Of a DNA stretch of 64,000 bases, positions 31,980-42,182 are shown piece after piece. The stretch comes from Escherichia phage CMSTMSU. Below the pieces are notes generated by a model. The model ran no database searches. It saw nothing but the letters and a program-made list of their open reading frames with translations, and had not been told where the DNA came from. The DNA lies in the sequence record MH494197.1, one strand, 5' to 3'. A program made the translations under genes and the position numbers. Every line of letters begins with the position of its first letter. The first letter of the stretch is position 1.

Positions 31980-32267
31980 TTAATAACGCCGGAATGCGTT
32001 ACTTTCAGTATCCATAACAGTGACCGAACCGCGTTTAGTACTTGCATCGTAATAAATTGTCGTGCTACCTTTTTCGTCTTCTTCATGGAACGGCCCGTTT
32101 TTAAATGCTTCTGGCTGGATCTCTAAATCCTTTAAAACAATCTCGCCAGTACTTTCATTGGTCATCGCTACAGTGCACTGAATGAATTTTTCACTACTTA
32201 CATCTAACGACGCATTAACAGCGAAAGAGGAAACAGATAAAGCCGTGGCGATGATTGCAATTTTCAT
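31980..32267 (-). CDS. small secreted/periplasmic protein with N-terminal signal peptide
   Basis: MKIAIIATALSVSSFAVNA-SLD: hydrophobic core plus AxA cleavage-like site. Confidence 0.55.
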   Translation of the reverse strand: MKIAIIATALSVSSFAVNASLDVSSEKFIQCTVAMTNESTGEIVLKDLEIQPEAFKNGPFHEEDEKGSTTIYYDASTKRGSVTVMDTESNAFRRY

Positions 32268-32677
32268 TTGATTATCCTTAGTTACGGGAACCGCTCTTGC
32301 GATGTAAAATATTATACAGTACTAAAAACTATTATCAAGTACTTTATGATTTTTATAAAACATTTCAGCAGTGATATTTTACCCGTTGGCTGTACTTTAT
32401 CCAGAATTTTTGATGTCCGGCCGTCCAAATGAATATGATCCGTAAACCGTAAACCAGTAGTTACCCTCAGTGTTTACATGTACAGCATAATAGGGAACGC
32501 CCGCGATTCATCACTAGTAAAGTGTGCTACCGTTCCGTTACATTCGCAGACGTTGATTTGATTTGTTCAAGCATTTTATTATTCCTTAGTTACCGTGGGA
32601 ACTGCTCCTATGCAAAACATTATACGCGTTTAAAACTAATTGCAAGTATTTTAATAAAAGTATTTGAAAAATAGTTG

Positions 32678-32706
32678 TTGACAAGTGCATCCAGTACTGG
32701 CATAAT
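32678..32706 (+). promoter_or_regulatory. plus-strand consensus promoter (TTGACA-N17-CATAAT)
   Basis: TTGACA 32678-32683, CATAAT 32701-32706; faces a terminator about 100 nt downstream. Confidence 0.4.
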
Positions 32707-32712
32707 TACTAC

Positions 32713-32815
32713 ATCAAGACGAAACAGTCACTAACCCACCGGGTGCATAGATCCGTCTATTAAATGATTCAGTACTGAAAAGTAACGGGAGTTATTATCT
32801 CCCCGTTGTTATTTT
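32713..32815 (+). ncRNA. candidate small RNA (promoter to terminator, about 100 nt)
   Basis: No ORF; ends with hairpin AACGGGAG-ttattat-CTCCCCGTT + T-run; contains the repeated GCACCCxxTGGG element in inverted orientation. Confidence 0.25.
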
Positions 32816-33029
32816 GTGGTATAAACAGAAGTCGCCTTTATTTGCTACGCCGCCAGTGTAACGCGAGGAATAGTCACCCGACTTCTGCTATTACCAGTGT
32901 ATCATCATTCAATTCGCGCAAACGGCTGGATCTTGTACGCCGATTTTGTCGGCATGTTCCCGCATAGATTTAACCAGTGCTTCCAGTTGGGAAAGAGTAG
33001 TGATATTAGCCATTGTATTTTCTCATTAC

Positions 33030-33100
33030 CGTGGAGAACCATTTCTCCCTTTGATGTAAAACATTATACAGTACTGAAAACTAATTGCAAGTACTTTTTA
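33030..33100 (-). promoter_or_regulatory. promoter + stem-loop cassette (copy)
   Basis: Same conserved TATAATGTTTTACATCaa + GGGAGAA/TTCTCC module. Confidence 0.5.
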
Positions 33101-34750
33101 ATATTGTTTGTCGTCGTCTTCCTCGATGAATTGACCGACGAAATGATCTACTTTCGCTTTGAGGCTTTTATAATCTTCTTCTACTTCCTTTAAACGTTCC
33201 GTAGTATTCCAGTGCCTCAACATATGCGGCCTCAGCCGTTTTCTCACGCATAGCTAAATTCATTCCACGCGTTTCATCAAATAGCCAAAACCATCGGTGC
33301 ATTCACTGATAGACAATGATTTGTTTAACACATTGTACTTTATTACTTTACTCATTAGATAACCTCAGTAAAGGCGGGAACTATTACCCGCCTCGATGTA
33401 AAGTATTATACGCTTTTAAACTTAGTTTGCAAGTACTTTTAAATTAATATTCGATTGATTCTACTACGCCATCAATAACATTGAATTGATACTCGTTTCA
33501 ATCAGTGCCGTAATGTTTTCCAGTAGTGAATTGATCCTCATATGCATTCTCTAAATCACGGTACAACTTGCGGGACAATTCACGAATAGTGTCAGTGAGT
33601 AGTTCCTCAAGCTCATTAACTAACGTTTTTGTTTTGCGGTTAAATCCAGTGTAAGCCGATTCAATGTACCCGCTTACAGTATTCTTGAGTAGTGGGAGTG
33701 CGAACGCTTTACACTCATCGCCAAACCATCTTCATTCAGCAAGTGACGGATTGAGCGATTAGTTAATGCTTTACCTTGCGTAAAACTTCACTGCGTCAAC
33801 GTGGTCAGTACTGATTGATGCACCGTCCCCGGGACCAAAAGCCACTGAATCGTAAATCAGCGTCATTAATGCCATATTCCGGTAGTACTGTTTCAGTATT
33901 CATTTCACTTTCAGAAAAATAATCATCGTTTAAGTTTTTTCACGTTCCCGAACCAGTTCGATAGCTGACGTTTGTTGTTCTGCGTTCAATTCAGAAAAAT
34001 CCATAACGAAAGTAGTAGTAGTGATAGTTTTCATTTTGTAACCCTCATTCAGTAGTTGATGTAAGTATTATACGCTTTAAAAACGTCAAACTATTTTATC
34101 AGGGAGTTTTGTGCCTATTCCTCGGCTACTTAACGGAAGTTACTTATTTGTTCCCCGTCCTGATGTAAAACATTATACGCCTTTAAACATAGTTTGCAAG
34201 TACTTTTAAAAATAGTTTTCAGTACTGAATATTAAAAAGTATTGACAGCATTATCAGTACTAATATAATTCCCATGACAACAGCTAACCCACGGTGCAAT
34301 TGTAACTGTAATAAACTTTTTCTAGATACACTTCCGCACCCTATGGGCTACGGCTTATCTGCCAATGAATACATTATGCCAGTACTGACAAAATAAGTCA
34401 ATACCGGCAATTGTAAAGATTTGTAAACTGCTTATACTGCAATCGCGTCCGTGCTATAATAATAATAAGTGCTATGGTGTGACTTACCTTTTATTTCAGT
34501 ACTGAATGAATCCGAACGATTTGCATATGATGTTAATTTAAAGTACTTTGATTTGTTGATACGTTACACCACAGATCCGCGTAAGTAGTTTTATTAGTGG
34601 TAGTATCTTTACGGTTTTAACTTCAGTCATATACATATTAGTCATTTTTATTACTCCGAGTTATAGGGGAACTATTCCCGCTCTCGATGTAAAACATTAT
34701 ACGCTTTTAAACTTAGTTTGCAAGTACTTTTATTCAAGTACTGCAATCTT

Positions 34751-34975
34751 TTAGTACGGTACACGGTCACGCGGTTGCTTTCGGTCGAGCTTTATTTCTA
34801 CCACTCGACGCGATACACTATCAGGACTTTTCAACGCCGCTAACCAGTACTGTAATGATCTGGCTGTACTACGCTTTACAATGGCCCAACGTTTACCACG
34901 TTCCGATTGTACGCCCATATCTTTAAACGTTGCCCGTCCGGCGTGCTGCGATCCGAGCTTGTTCACGCGTCGCAA
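34751..34975 (-). CDS. hypothetical basic protein
   Basis: Track ORF. Confidence 0.4.
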   Translation of the reverse strand: MRRVNKLGSQHAGRATFKDMGVQSERGKRWAIVKRSTARSLQYWLAALKSPDSVSRRVVEIKLDRKQPRDRVPY

Positions 34976-35348
34976 AATACTTAATATTCATGTTGTTCTT
35001 ATCGTTGGTGTATGAATAAACACTATTATAAAGTACTATCATCGTGCAATAGTACTTTAAATCTATTCTATTACATTCCAACCATTGCAGCACGGATCGA
35101 TAGTGCTATATTTGAATCCGTCCGGTGTTTTTCTTGTCCAGTCTGTTCTAAAAAATAACATCATATGACGGGCCGCATCATTGCGATTAGTGCTATCGTT
35201 AATAAAGTCCCAACTGGTATAATGATTCATCGTTATTAATCCAAAGGCTTACATTCCAATGAGTTTTGTTTTTGTGACCTAAGAACATTTTGATTTAGCC
35301 ATTTTTAATCTTATATAGTGGGGAACTATTTCACCCTGATGTAAAACA

Positions 35349-35576
35349 TTATACGCTTTTAAACTTAGTTTGCAACTTTATTAAACTTATTTGTAATTTT
35401 GCACTGTCAGCCCATACTGTGAAACGATGCATATTATCCCATGCATCTTGTTTTAAATTTAAACTGTGCAATTCCTCAGTAGTTGCTATCCCCATTGGCT
35501 TACTACACACCGCGAAATTTTTCTCCATGTACTGATAAACCATCGTTAAATCATTTGAGATCATTACATGGATCAT
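35349..35576 (-). CDS. hypothetical protein
   Basis: Track ORF. Confidence 0.4.
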   Translation of the reverse strand: MIHVMISNDLTMVYQYMEKNFAVCSKPMGIATTEELHSLNLKQDAWDNMHRFTVWADSAKLQISLIKLQTKFKSV

Positions 35577-36130
35577 TGAATCAGCTATGAAGTAGCGTAT
35601 TGTTCACGCACGGCAACGGTTCCCGATAAGCTGTAAATGTGAATTTTACAGTTTCAGCCGGAAGACCTTTCATTTCACGGAAGTTAACCGTGTTAAGCAT
35701 GATTTTATTGATTTGAGTCGCCATCGTTTTAATCTCTTAATGTAGCGGGAAGTGTTCCTGCCTCGATGTAAAACATTATACGCTTTTATCAGTATGCAAG
35801 TACTTTCTACAAATACTTTTAAAATAGTTTTCTCTATATAGGGAACTATTATTCAGTACTGCAACCATCCGTGGGAACTATCTTTCTATAGTAGTACTAT
35901 TATTCAGTACTGAATCAATCCACCAAATCATCCTGATACCCGTAAAACGGCCTCAGACGCATTCTAACGCATTAATACACCTAAGCTATACATTTGCACC
36001 ATTCCAATCTTGGCTGGGCCGTTTAAACGCGTTAAATTATTTTCAATTATTTTGTTTTAGCTATTGACTCAGTACTAAAAAGCGTATAATTACACATAGA
36101 CGCGAGAAAGGAAACCAGAGGGTGCGGAAT

Positions 36131-36644
36131 TACGCCCAAAATTCAAGATATAAAAAAAGGATACACCGCACCCTAGCAGGTTAACGCACTTTCTAGTACT
36201 GAAATATAGTAACATAGTCCGCTGATAGCAAGCAATTAAAACTTTTTCATCCGGTATTGCTTTATTTTTCCAGTACTGTATAATAGTTCCATCGTCGAGA
36301 AAGACTCAGCCCACCGTATAGTTACGCCCAAAATTCAGTACTGAAAATTTTAAAAATATCCGTCCGTGCGCGTTGTTCCCCCAGTTTATAAGATAATGAT
36401 TCCAGACTCCAGAACGGTTCATCCCACGCGGTAGGGGAACTATTGGAAAACAAAATAAAATTTTGATTTAGCCGTCTATACTTCCAGACGTGTAACCATC
36501 TAGCCGTTTAGCTGTCCAAACGTCAGCCATCCAGCCATCCAGAAATCTAGCCGTTTAGCCGTCCAGATGGATAGCCATTTCCAGACTTCTGAGGGCTAGA
36601 CATATCTACGTCCAAAATCCATCCGTGGTAACTACGCCCAAAAT
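36131..36644. repeat. dispersed 12-bp motif TACGCCCAAAAT (3 exact copies + 1 variant)
   Basis: Exact at 36131, 36323, 36633; variant TACGTCCAAAAT at 36607. Confidence 0.5.
36500..36566. repeat. direct repeats CTAGCCGTTTAGC(T/C)GTCCA x2
   Basis: Copies at about 36500 and 36548, with AGCCATCCAGCCATCCAG between them. Confidence 0.5.
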
Positions 36645-37380
36645 CCGTCAGTACTATACCATAGATCATCTTTGGAGTATTCAGTACTGCCATCAGCCCC
36701 TCACATGTTACCCTAGGAGGATGAAGATCACCGCGGTACTGAATACTGTTAGAGGGAATCCACCAGCTTGGTGGTATAATCGTTTAGATTAAAATCAGTA
36801 CTGACACCATTCTGTTAATATCAGTACTGTTATTGATTTTCATATGAGGTTCAAAAAGATGTACCCACCACAGGAGGAACTATCTTTTCTGTACTGTCTC
36901 ACAGGAGGTAGAGTAAATGAATCGTTCGCAACTCATCTCTATGTAGAACATTATACAGTACTGAATCATAATGTCAATAGCTTTCTTTCATTATTCAGTA
37001 CTGATATTCTTGAGAACTACCCGACTACAAACATCATTATATCCCACAAATCATAAACGTCCCAACGTAAATTTCAACTTTCGAAGATCCAACTTTATTT
37101 CATAGGTACTCCAAAATTTTAGGATCGAGATTTAGGATGGAGTACTAACCAACTTTTGCTGAGCTCTGGATATTAAGGTGAAAGTAATAATTCAGTAATT
37201 AATCATTGGTGATTACTTTTGATTACATTTGATGTAATTTGCAAAATGGAAAAGGAGCTTGAAACTAGTACGGCAGACTTCCTCTGCCTACTAGGTGCTG
37301 GTTTCATCTATCGGAGGGAAATGGATTAACCTTAGCAATACGTAACTGAATACGTTCTTGATTAAACGTGCACATTCCTG

Positions 37381-37410
37381 TACTCTATTACACTCTAGTA
37401 CACTCTAGTA
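37381..37410. repeat. tandem 10-bp direct repeats (TACTCTATTA / CACTCTAGTA x2)
   Basis: Three adjacent 10-bp units in an ORF-free region. Confidence 0.6.
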
Positions 37411-37429
37411 CTCAATACTGATCACTACA

Positions 37430-37488
37430 ATGATTATAAATGATTACTTAAATGTTTATATATGATTACTTATGACTACATATGATTA
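37430..37488. repeat. iteron array: six ATGATTA-like boxes at 10-12 bp spacing
   Basis: Boxes begin at 37430, 37440, 37452, 37462, 37472, 37482. Confidence 0.6.
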
Positions 37489-37816
37489 GGGTTTACTGGG
37501 AGAATCTAGTGATCGCATTTGTCCAGCTGAATTTTAACATATATAACATATGTTAAAGCCTGTCCAATGCTTCTGCGGAGCTTCTGTCTATATGTTGAAT
37601 TACTTCCTATATATAAGCATTAACATATAGTAGTACTGATTATGCTGTACATTCTCTTTAATATTATAAGGGTCTATAGCAATCTCGGTACATCTGTTAA
37701 ATGCATATCTATTAAATGCCAGTACTATTATAGATCTAATCCATGCTTGGTCAGTCGGTGGTAGTTTACTTATATAGTACTCTTTATAGTTTTTATGTTC
37801 TGCATAGTATACCTTA

Positions 37817-37996
37817 TTATTTCAAAGTACCATATAGTACTCTTAATAGGAAGTAGTACGTATTAGAGATATCATTACTAGTTAAAACAATCTTTGTACA
37901 CATATTAAATTCGTATTGAGTCATTGCTGGGATTAAATTGTTAACCCATGCTTGTTCGTTTTCTTTGAGTTTACTTATATAGAAGTCTTTATACAT
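37817..37996 (-). CDS. hypothetical protein, MYKEFY family (59 aa)
   Basis: Hand-translated MYKDFYISKLKENEQ…; below the track cut-off. Confidence 0.45.
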   Translation of the reverse strand: MYKDFYISKLKENEQAWVNNLIPAMTQYEFNMCTKIVLTSNDISNTYYFLLRVLYGTLK

Positions 37997-38228
37997 AGTA
38001 TTATCTCTATTAATATGATAGTACTAGTGTTAGTACTGAGCACAATTGTTCTTTATAGTTCTTAGGGTATATAGAATCTTTTATGCACTCATTGAAGTGC
38101 CATAGGTATAATCTTGGGTCGCATTCTTTATATATTTTACGCCATAGGTATATATCTTGGGTCGCATTCTTTATATATTTTTTACGGGGACGAATGTTAG
38201 TTTTCTTATATAGAAGTCTTTGTGTTCT

Positions 38229-38438
38229 TTATTCATATAGGAATAGTATACCTATGATGCCTGAGTACATGTTAGTACTGTTATTATTGGCGTTTGCGTT
38301 TAAAGTCATTTGAATACAATTGTTGTAGCATAATCTGCCGAAATATGTATCAGTACTTAAAGGTGCAGTAGTCCTTAGAAACATTTGTTCTGTGGGGCTG
38401 AGGTGTTTGGAGTAGAATTCTTTATGTTCATTATTCAT
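38229..38438 (-). CDS. hypothetical protein, MYKEFY family
   Basis: MNNEHKEFYSKHLSPTEQMFL…. Confidence 0.5.
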   Translation of the reverse strand: MNNEHKEFYSKHLSPTEQMFLRTTAPLSTDTYFGRLCYNNCIQMTLNANANNNSTNMYSGIIGILFLYE

Positions 38439-38634
38439 AGATATATAGGAGTGCCATTATGTTGGAGTATAGTTTATTGTTGTCATTTTCTTGCAGTGCT
38501 TGTATAGTACTACGTATACAGTTATTATAGCATATTTTTGTGAAATTATTTTGTAATTTCATTTTCATTGGTTTTGCTTTATAGAATGATTGTTTTGTGG
38601 GACTAAGATGATTTATGTAGAACTCTTTATACAT
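38431..38634 (-). CDS. hypothetical protein, MYKEFY family
   Basis: MYKEFYINHLSPTKQ…. Confidence 0.5.
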   Translation of the reverse strand: MYKEFYINHLSPTKQSFYKAKPMKMKLQNNFTKICYNNCIRSTIQALQENDNNKLYSNIMALLYIYE

Positions 38635-38651
38635 GTTAGTACCTTAGTGCT

Positions 38652-38837
38652 TTAGTGTCTGTATATAAGTAATAGTAAGAATACGTACTGCACCTGTTCA
38701 TCTTTAGTATTGAGTACTGTACGTATTGCGTCATTAAACAAAAATATAGTACTTGGGTCATTAGAATTTAAGGGGTTTACGGGGACGGCGTGTTTGTAGT
38801 TCCCTTTAACAAATTGTATATAGTATTCTCTATGCAT
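38652..38837 (-). CDS. hypothetical protein, MYKEFY family
   Basis: MHREYYIQF…. Confidence 0.5.
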   Translation of the reverse strand: MHREYYIQFVKGNYKHAVPVNPLNSNDPSTIFLFNDAIRTVLNTKDEQVQYVFLLLLIYRH

Positions 38838-38838
38838 A

Positions 38839-39027
38839 TCAGTACCTATATATTAGGGCGAGAATGTAGTACAGTTCATATGGAATGTAATTTGGGGTGA
38901 TAGCACACTGTGTATGGTAAATGAATTGTTGGGTATTTTTCTTATCCTTGATATCTATTGGGTTTAGTGGTATAAGCATTTGGGAGTTTAGTTCCAGATG
39001 GTTTAAGTAGAATTCTTTGTTATTCAT
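38839..39027 (-). CDS. hypothetical protein, MYKEFY family
   Basis: MNNKEFYLNHL…. Confidence 0.5.
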   Translation of the reverse strand: MNNKEFYLNHLELNSQMLIPLNPIDIKDKKNTQQFIYHTQCAITPNYIPYELYYILALIYRY

Positions 39028-39226
39028 AGAAGAATATTAGTCCCATTACGCCTGAGTACTGAATATTTTTGTTATTGTTTTCTAAAGCTTCTAGAGTAAT
39101 ACGTATACAATTATTAAAGCAATCTCTGGCGTGTGGTGTATCTAAACGTAAAGGTGATACACTCCTTAGAAACATTTGTTCTGATGCACTGAGGTGTTTG
39201 GTGTAGAATTCTTTCTGTTCGTTCAT
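39020..39226 (-). CDS. hypothetical protein, MYKEFY family
   Basis: MNEQKEFYTKHLSASEQMFL…. Confidence 0.5.
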   Translation of the reverse strand: MNEQKEFYTKHLSASEQMFLRSVSPLRLDTPHARDCFNNCIRITLEALENNNKNIQYSGVMGLIFFYE

Positions 39227-39236
39227 ATTGGCCTCT

Positions 39237-39425
39237 TTAGTACACGAAAGCTAGGTACAGTGTATGATACAGTACTCGATGATAGCTATCAAAATCTAGT
39301 ATACATGCTTTAGTGCACATAGTAAAGTACACTTTATCGTTTTGAGCATTGATACCGCGAGGTTTATCTAATAGATTAGTACTGAGGTACATTGGGAAAT
39401 ATTTTGTGTAGTATTCTTTATGCAT
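39237..39425 (-). CDS. hypothetical protein, MYKEFY family
   Basis: Track ORF 39237..39470 trimmed to the family-typical start MHKEYYTKYF. Confidence 0.45.
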   Translation of the reverse strand: MHKEYYTKYFPMYLSTNLLDKPRGINAQNDKVYFTMCTKACILDFDSYHRVLYHTLYLAFVY

Positions 39426-39807
39426 ATTAGTACCTGAATATAAGTAGGATAGTGTTATATAATTGGTCATAGCTACTACTATTTTCTATACTGCGTTCTA
39501 TGCAATTATTGAATCCCAGTACTGCCAAATCGTTATCCGGGGGACTTTATATCTGGCGTAGTGTTCAAATATACTGGGAGAAATTGTGTGTAGTATTCTT
39601 TGTGCATATTAGTACCTATATATTAGTAAAAGGATGTGATACAGTACTCGATTATAGTCTTCAATATATATCGAGGATTTAGTGCACTGAATGAAGTAGT
39701 CTTTTTCGTAGTTTTTTCTATACCCAATGGTTCTGTTGGTAGAAGGTGTTGGAGATACATTGGGAGTTTCTCTATGTAGTATTCTTTGTGGTTATTCATA
39801 TTATGTG

Positions 39808-39981
39808 TTATTTCGTGAAAACAAGGGTTAGTACTGCATAGTACAAGTCATACGTATCTTTAGGGTTAATAGCACCTTTAATACATTCTTTCATTACTTC
39901 ATTATAGATAATTTTAGTACTGAATGTATTGGATGTTACTATATCGGAATTAAGGTACGAGAGGTAGAATTCTTTATACAT
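39808..39981 (-). CDS. hypothetical protein, MYKEFY family
   Basis: Track ORF 39808..40044 trimmed to the internal MYKEFYLSYL start. Confidence 0.45.
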   Translation of the reverse strand: MYKEFYLSYLNSDIVTSNTFSTKIIYNEVMKECIKGAINPKDTYDLYYAVLTLVFTK

Positions 39982-41019
39982 AGTTTGAAATATACGTAAT
40001 GAGGTGATGAAATTTCTTATCAGTACTGATAAGTTCCTGTACATGTTTTGTTAGTTTGTACGCGTTTTATAGAGTCCGGATTATCGATTACAGTACTGTA
40101 CATGAATAGATCTTCTTCTGATAATTCTTTGCCGGTAATTCTTTGAGGAATTGCAGTACTGTATCAGTTTCGTTAGTACGTTGCTTTTGGAAGAAGTGCA
40201 TGTTATCGTGTATTTTTCTGAACCCATGCAGTACATATCTCCGATTTGGAATTGTGCAGTACTGATATCATGGGTGCTATTACAATTCCCGAAGAAGTAT
40301 ACATTCCCGAAAGATAGAATTATAGTGCACGGGATATTATCCATGTGTATATAGATAGATGCATTCTTTAGTGCTTTTGTGCTGGTATTAGTACTCAATA
40401 CTTTTAAATCAGTATTATAGATATTAATAAAAGCAAGAGCTATATTATTTTTCTTCAAGTACGATTTGAGGTTCTTAGATACGAGAACATTTCTGGATTT
40501 TTCTTTTTATTTCGTTTCTTTAGTATATTCGGGTGATACGTATAAGATGATGTAACTGATTCTGCTTGAATACTGTTGAGGTATTTAAAGTGCTTAAGGT
40601 ATTGTTTGCTGTGTGCATTAAGTTTCATTTGGTTTCCTTTATACAGATGCGAGTGCGAGGATTTCCCTGAAGGGATTATCTTTTGTTAGTGCGTGATGAA
40701 TGCAGCTATTGAGATTAATATTTTTAGTACTGTTAGTTGCCGTTGTAGTACTTCACGAAGGTGTCGTACATGAAACGGTCTTTAATGCTTATGTGTTCTA
40801 TATAGTATTCTTGCATATTATTCCTTACATAGAGATGAGTTTCAGTACATCAATATACATATAACGTTCAGATGACTGTACACGGGTAGTGATAATCTCA
40901 ATCGATATATTTTAATTCCATGTGCAGATGATTGATGGTGCTGAATAAATGAGTTGTGCATACTTTGTTCTATGTGGTTTAGTTTATTGAAGTAGTACTC
41001 AAAAGTGTTCATGTCTACC

Positions 41020-41199
41020 TTAGATTGAGATTAGTTTAAGTACTTCTCTGTATGTGTACTTTTCGTTTTGTGCTTCTACTGTACATGATAGTAGGTATCG
41101 TTTTTTATCTCTTTTGTTCCCGACTGTGTAGTACCTTTGGAATTTATTATAGTTGTATCTATCTTTGTGCTGGAGTTTATAGATATAGAATTCTTGCAT
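41020..41199 (-). CDS. hypothetical protein, MYKEFY-related family (59 aa)
   Basis: Hand-translated MQEFYIYKLQHKDRY…YREVLKLISI, paralog of 41208..41393. Confidence 0.45.
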   Translation of the reverse strand: MQEFYIYKLQHKDRYNYNKFQRYYTVGNKRDKKRYLLSCTVEAQNEKYTYREVLKLISI

Positions 41200-41207
41200 A
41201 GAGTACC

Positions 41208-41393
41208 TTAGATTGCTATCAGTTTCAGTACTTCAATATATGTGCGGTACTCTGCTTTAATTAAATTTGTACACACTGTAAGGGAATTTCTTTGTATAAG
41301 TTTATTGCCGCTTTTATACGCATTTCTCCACACATAGAGATGAGATCTTTCAGGCATAGATAGTTTATTTGTATAGTACTCAAATGTATTCAT
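41208..41393 (-). CDS. hypothetical protein, MYKEFY-related family
   Basis: MNTFEYYTNKLSMPERSH…YIEVLKLIAI. Confidence 0.5.
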   Translation of the reverse strand: MNTFEYYTNKLSMPERSHLYVWRNAYKSGNKLIQRNSLTVCTNLIKAEYRTYIEVLKLIAI

Positions 41394-41995
41394 ATATTAC
41401 CTCAAATAGAGATTAGTTTAAGTACTTCTCTGTATGTGTACTTTTCGTTTTGTGCATCTCTTGTGCTTGTATATAGGTATCCTCGACGATATTTGTTGCT
41501 CCCGTTCTTGTAGTTGAATTCGAACTTATTGTAGATGAATCTATCGCCGCTGTAATTTACTTAAGTACAATTCAATGCTCATAGTATTCTCTTTACATAT
41601 CAATAAGTTTCAGTACTGCTCTGTACGTGTACTTAGTTGTTAGTGCTTCTTTATAGCAATACAGAAGTAATGTTGTTTGTCTCTTATACTACCGCGTTTG
41701 TAGTACCATACATTGGAGTTGTGGGTGTACTTGTCCCTGTCGGATAGATTTTGGTAATAGTATAATATATGATTCATGGTAATGTAATTAGCCTTATTAT
41801 GTTAAAGTACTCGGTCCCCGTACACCTTGTAGAATATTATCAACTACATTTTCTTGGTGCAGGATTAATACATTCGGTGCGGTTCTTTTAAGGTTTTTAA
41901 AGTACTGTATTCTTGTTTAAGGATGAACTGTACATCTTTAGGGAGAATATCTAAGTAGTACTGGTGTATGTTCATAGTTTTCATATAGTACTCTT

Positions 41996-42181
41996 TTAGA
42001 ACTTAAAGATGAGGTTCATGATAGATAAGTACTTAGTTTCAGGAAATTGATGTTCTATTGCATAACGTGTCTCCAGTCTGAAGTCAAATTTATAAAAGGG
42101 ACTATTCATATCCATAGGTTCATTGGGAAATGAATCTCTGTATTGTTTGTGCAGCTTACTACAGTAGAATTCTTTATACAT
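41996..42181 (-). CDS. hypothetical protein, MYKEFY family
   Basis: MYKEFYCSKLHKQYRD…. Confidence 0.5.
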   Translation of the reverse strand: MYKEFYCSKLHKQYRDSFPNEPMDMNSPFYKFDFRLETRYAIEHQFPETKYLSIMNLIFKF

Positions 42182-42182
42182 A

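Noticed and set aside
16909-33193. Plus-strand ORFs in the GC-richer block (e.g. 16909..17193, 17401..17697, 18699..19040, 22011..22349, 24365..24652, 27642..27909, 28398..28664, 28822..29076, 29862..30176, 32897..33193)
   Set aside because: Several read straight through the conserved promoter/stem-loop cassette, which translates as the recurring peptide …VKHYTVL…, and all are antisense to promoter-supported minus-strand genes.
10228-35820. Possible CRISPR array suggested by regularly spaced repeats
   Set aside because: The repeat units are protein-coding motifs (~230-bp period) or promoter cassettes (~550-bp period). Repeats are degenerate, 'spacers' are far longer than CRISPR spacers, and no cas-like genes are present.
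36844-37056. Plus ORF of 70 aa in the iteron region
   Set aside because: Contains the translated promoter-cassette motif (…HLYVEHYTVL…) and sits in a repeat-rich non-coding context.
40081-40458. 125-aa minus-strand ORF
   Set aside because: Asn/Ser/Thr/Cys-biased and overlaps a plus ORF in a stretch where family-type small genes appear frame-broken; no conserved start context. Left uncalled.
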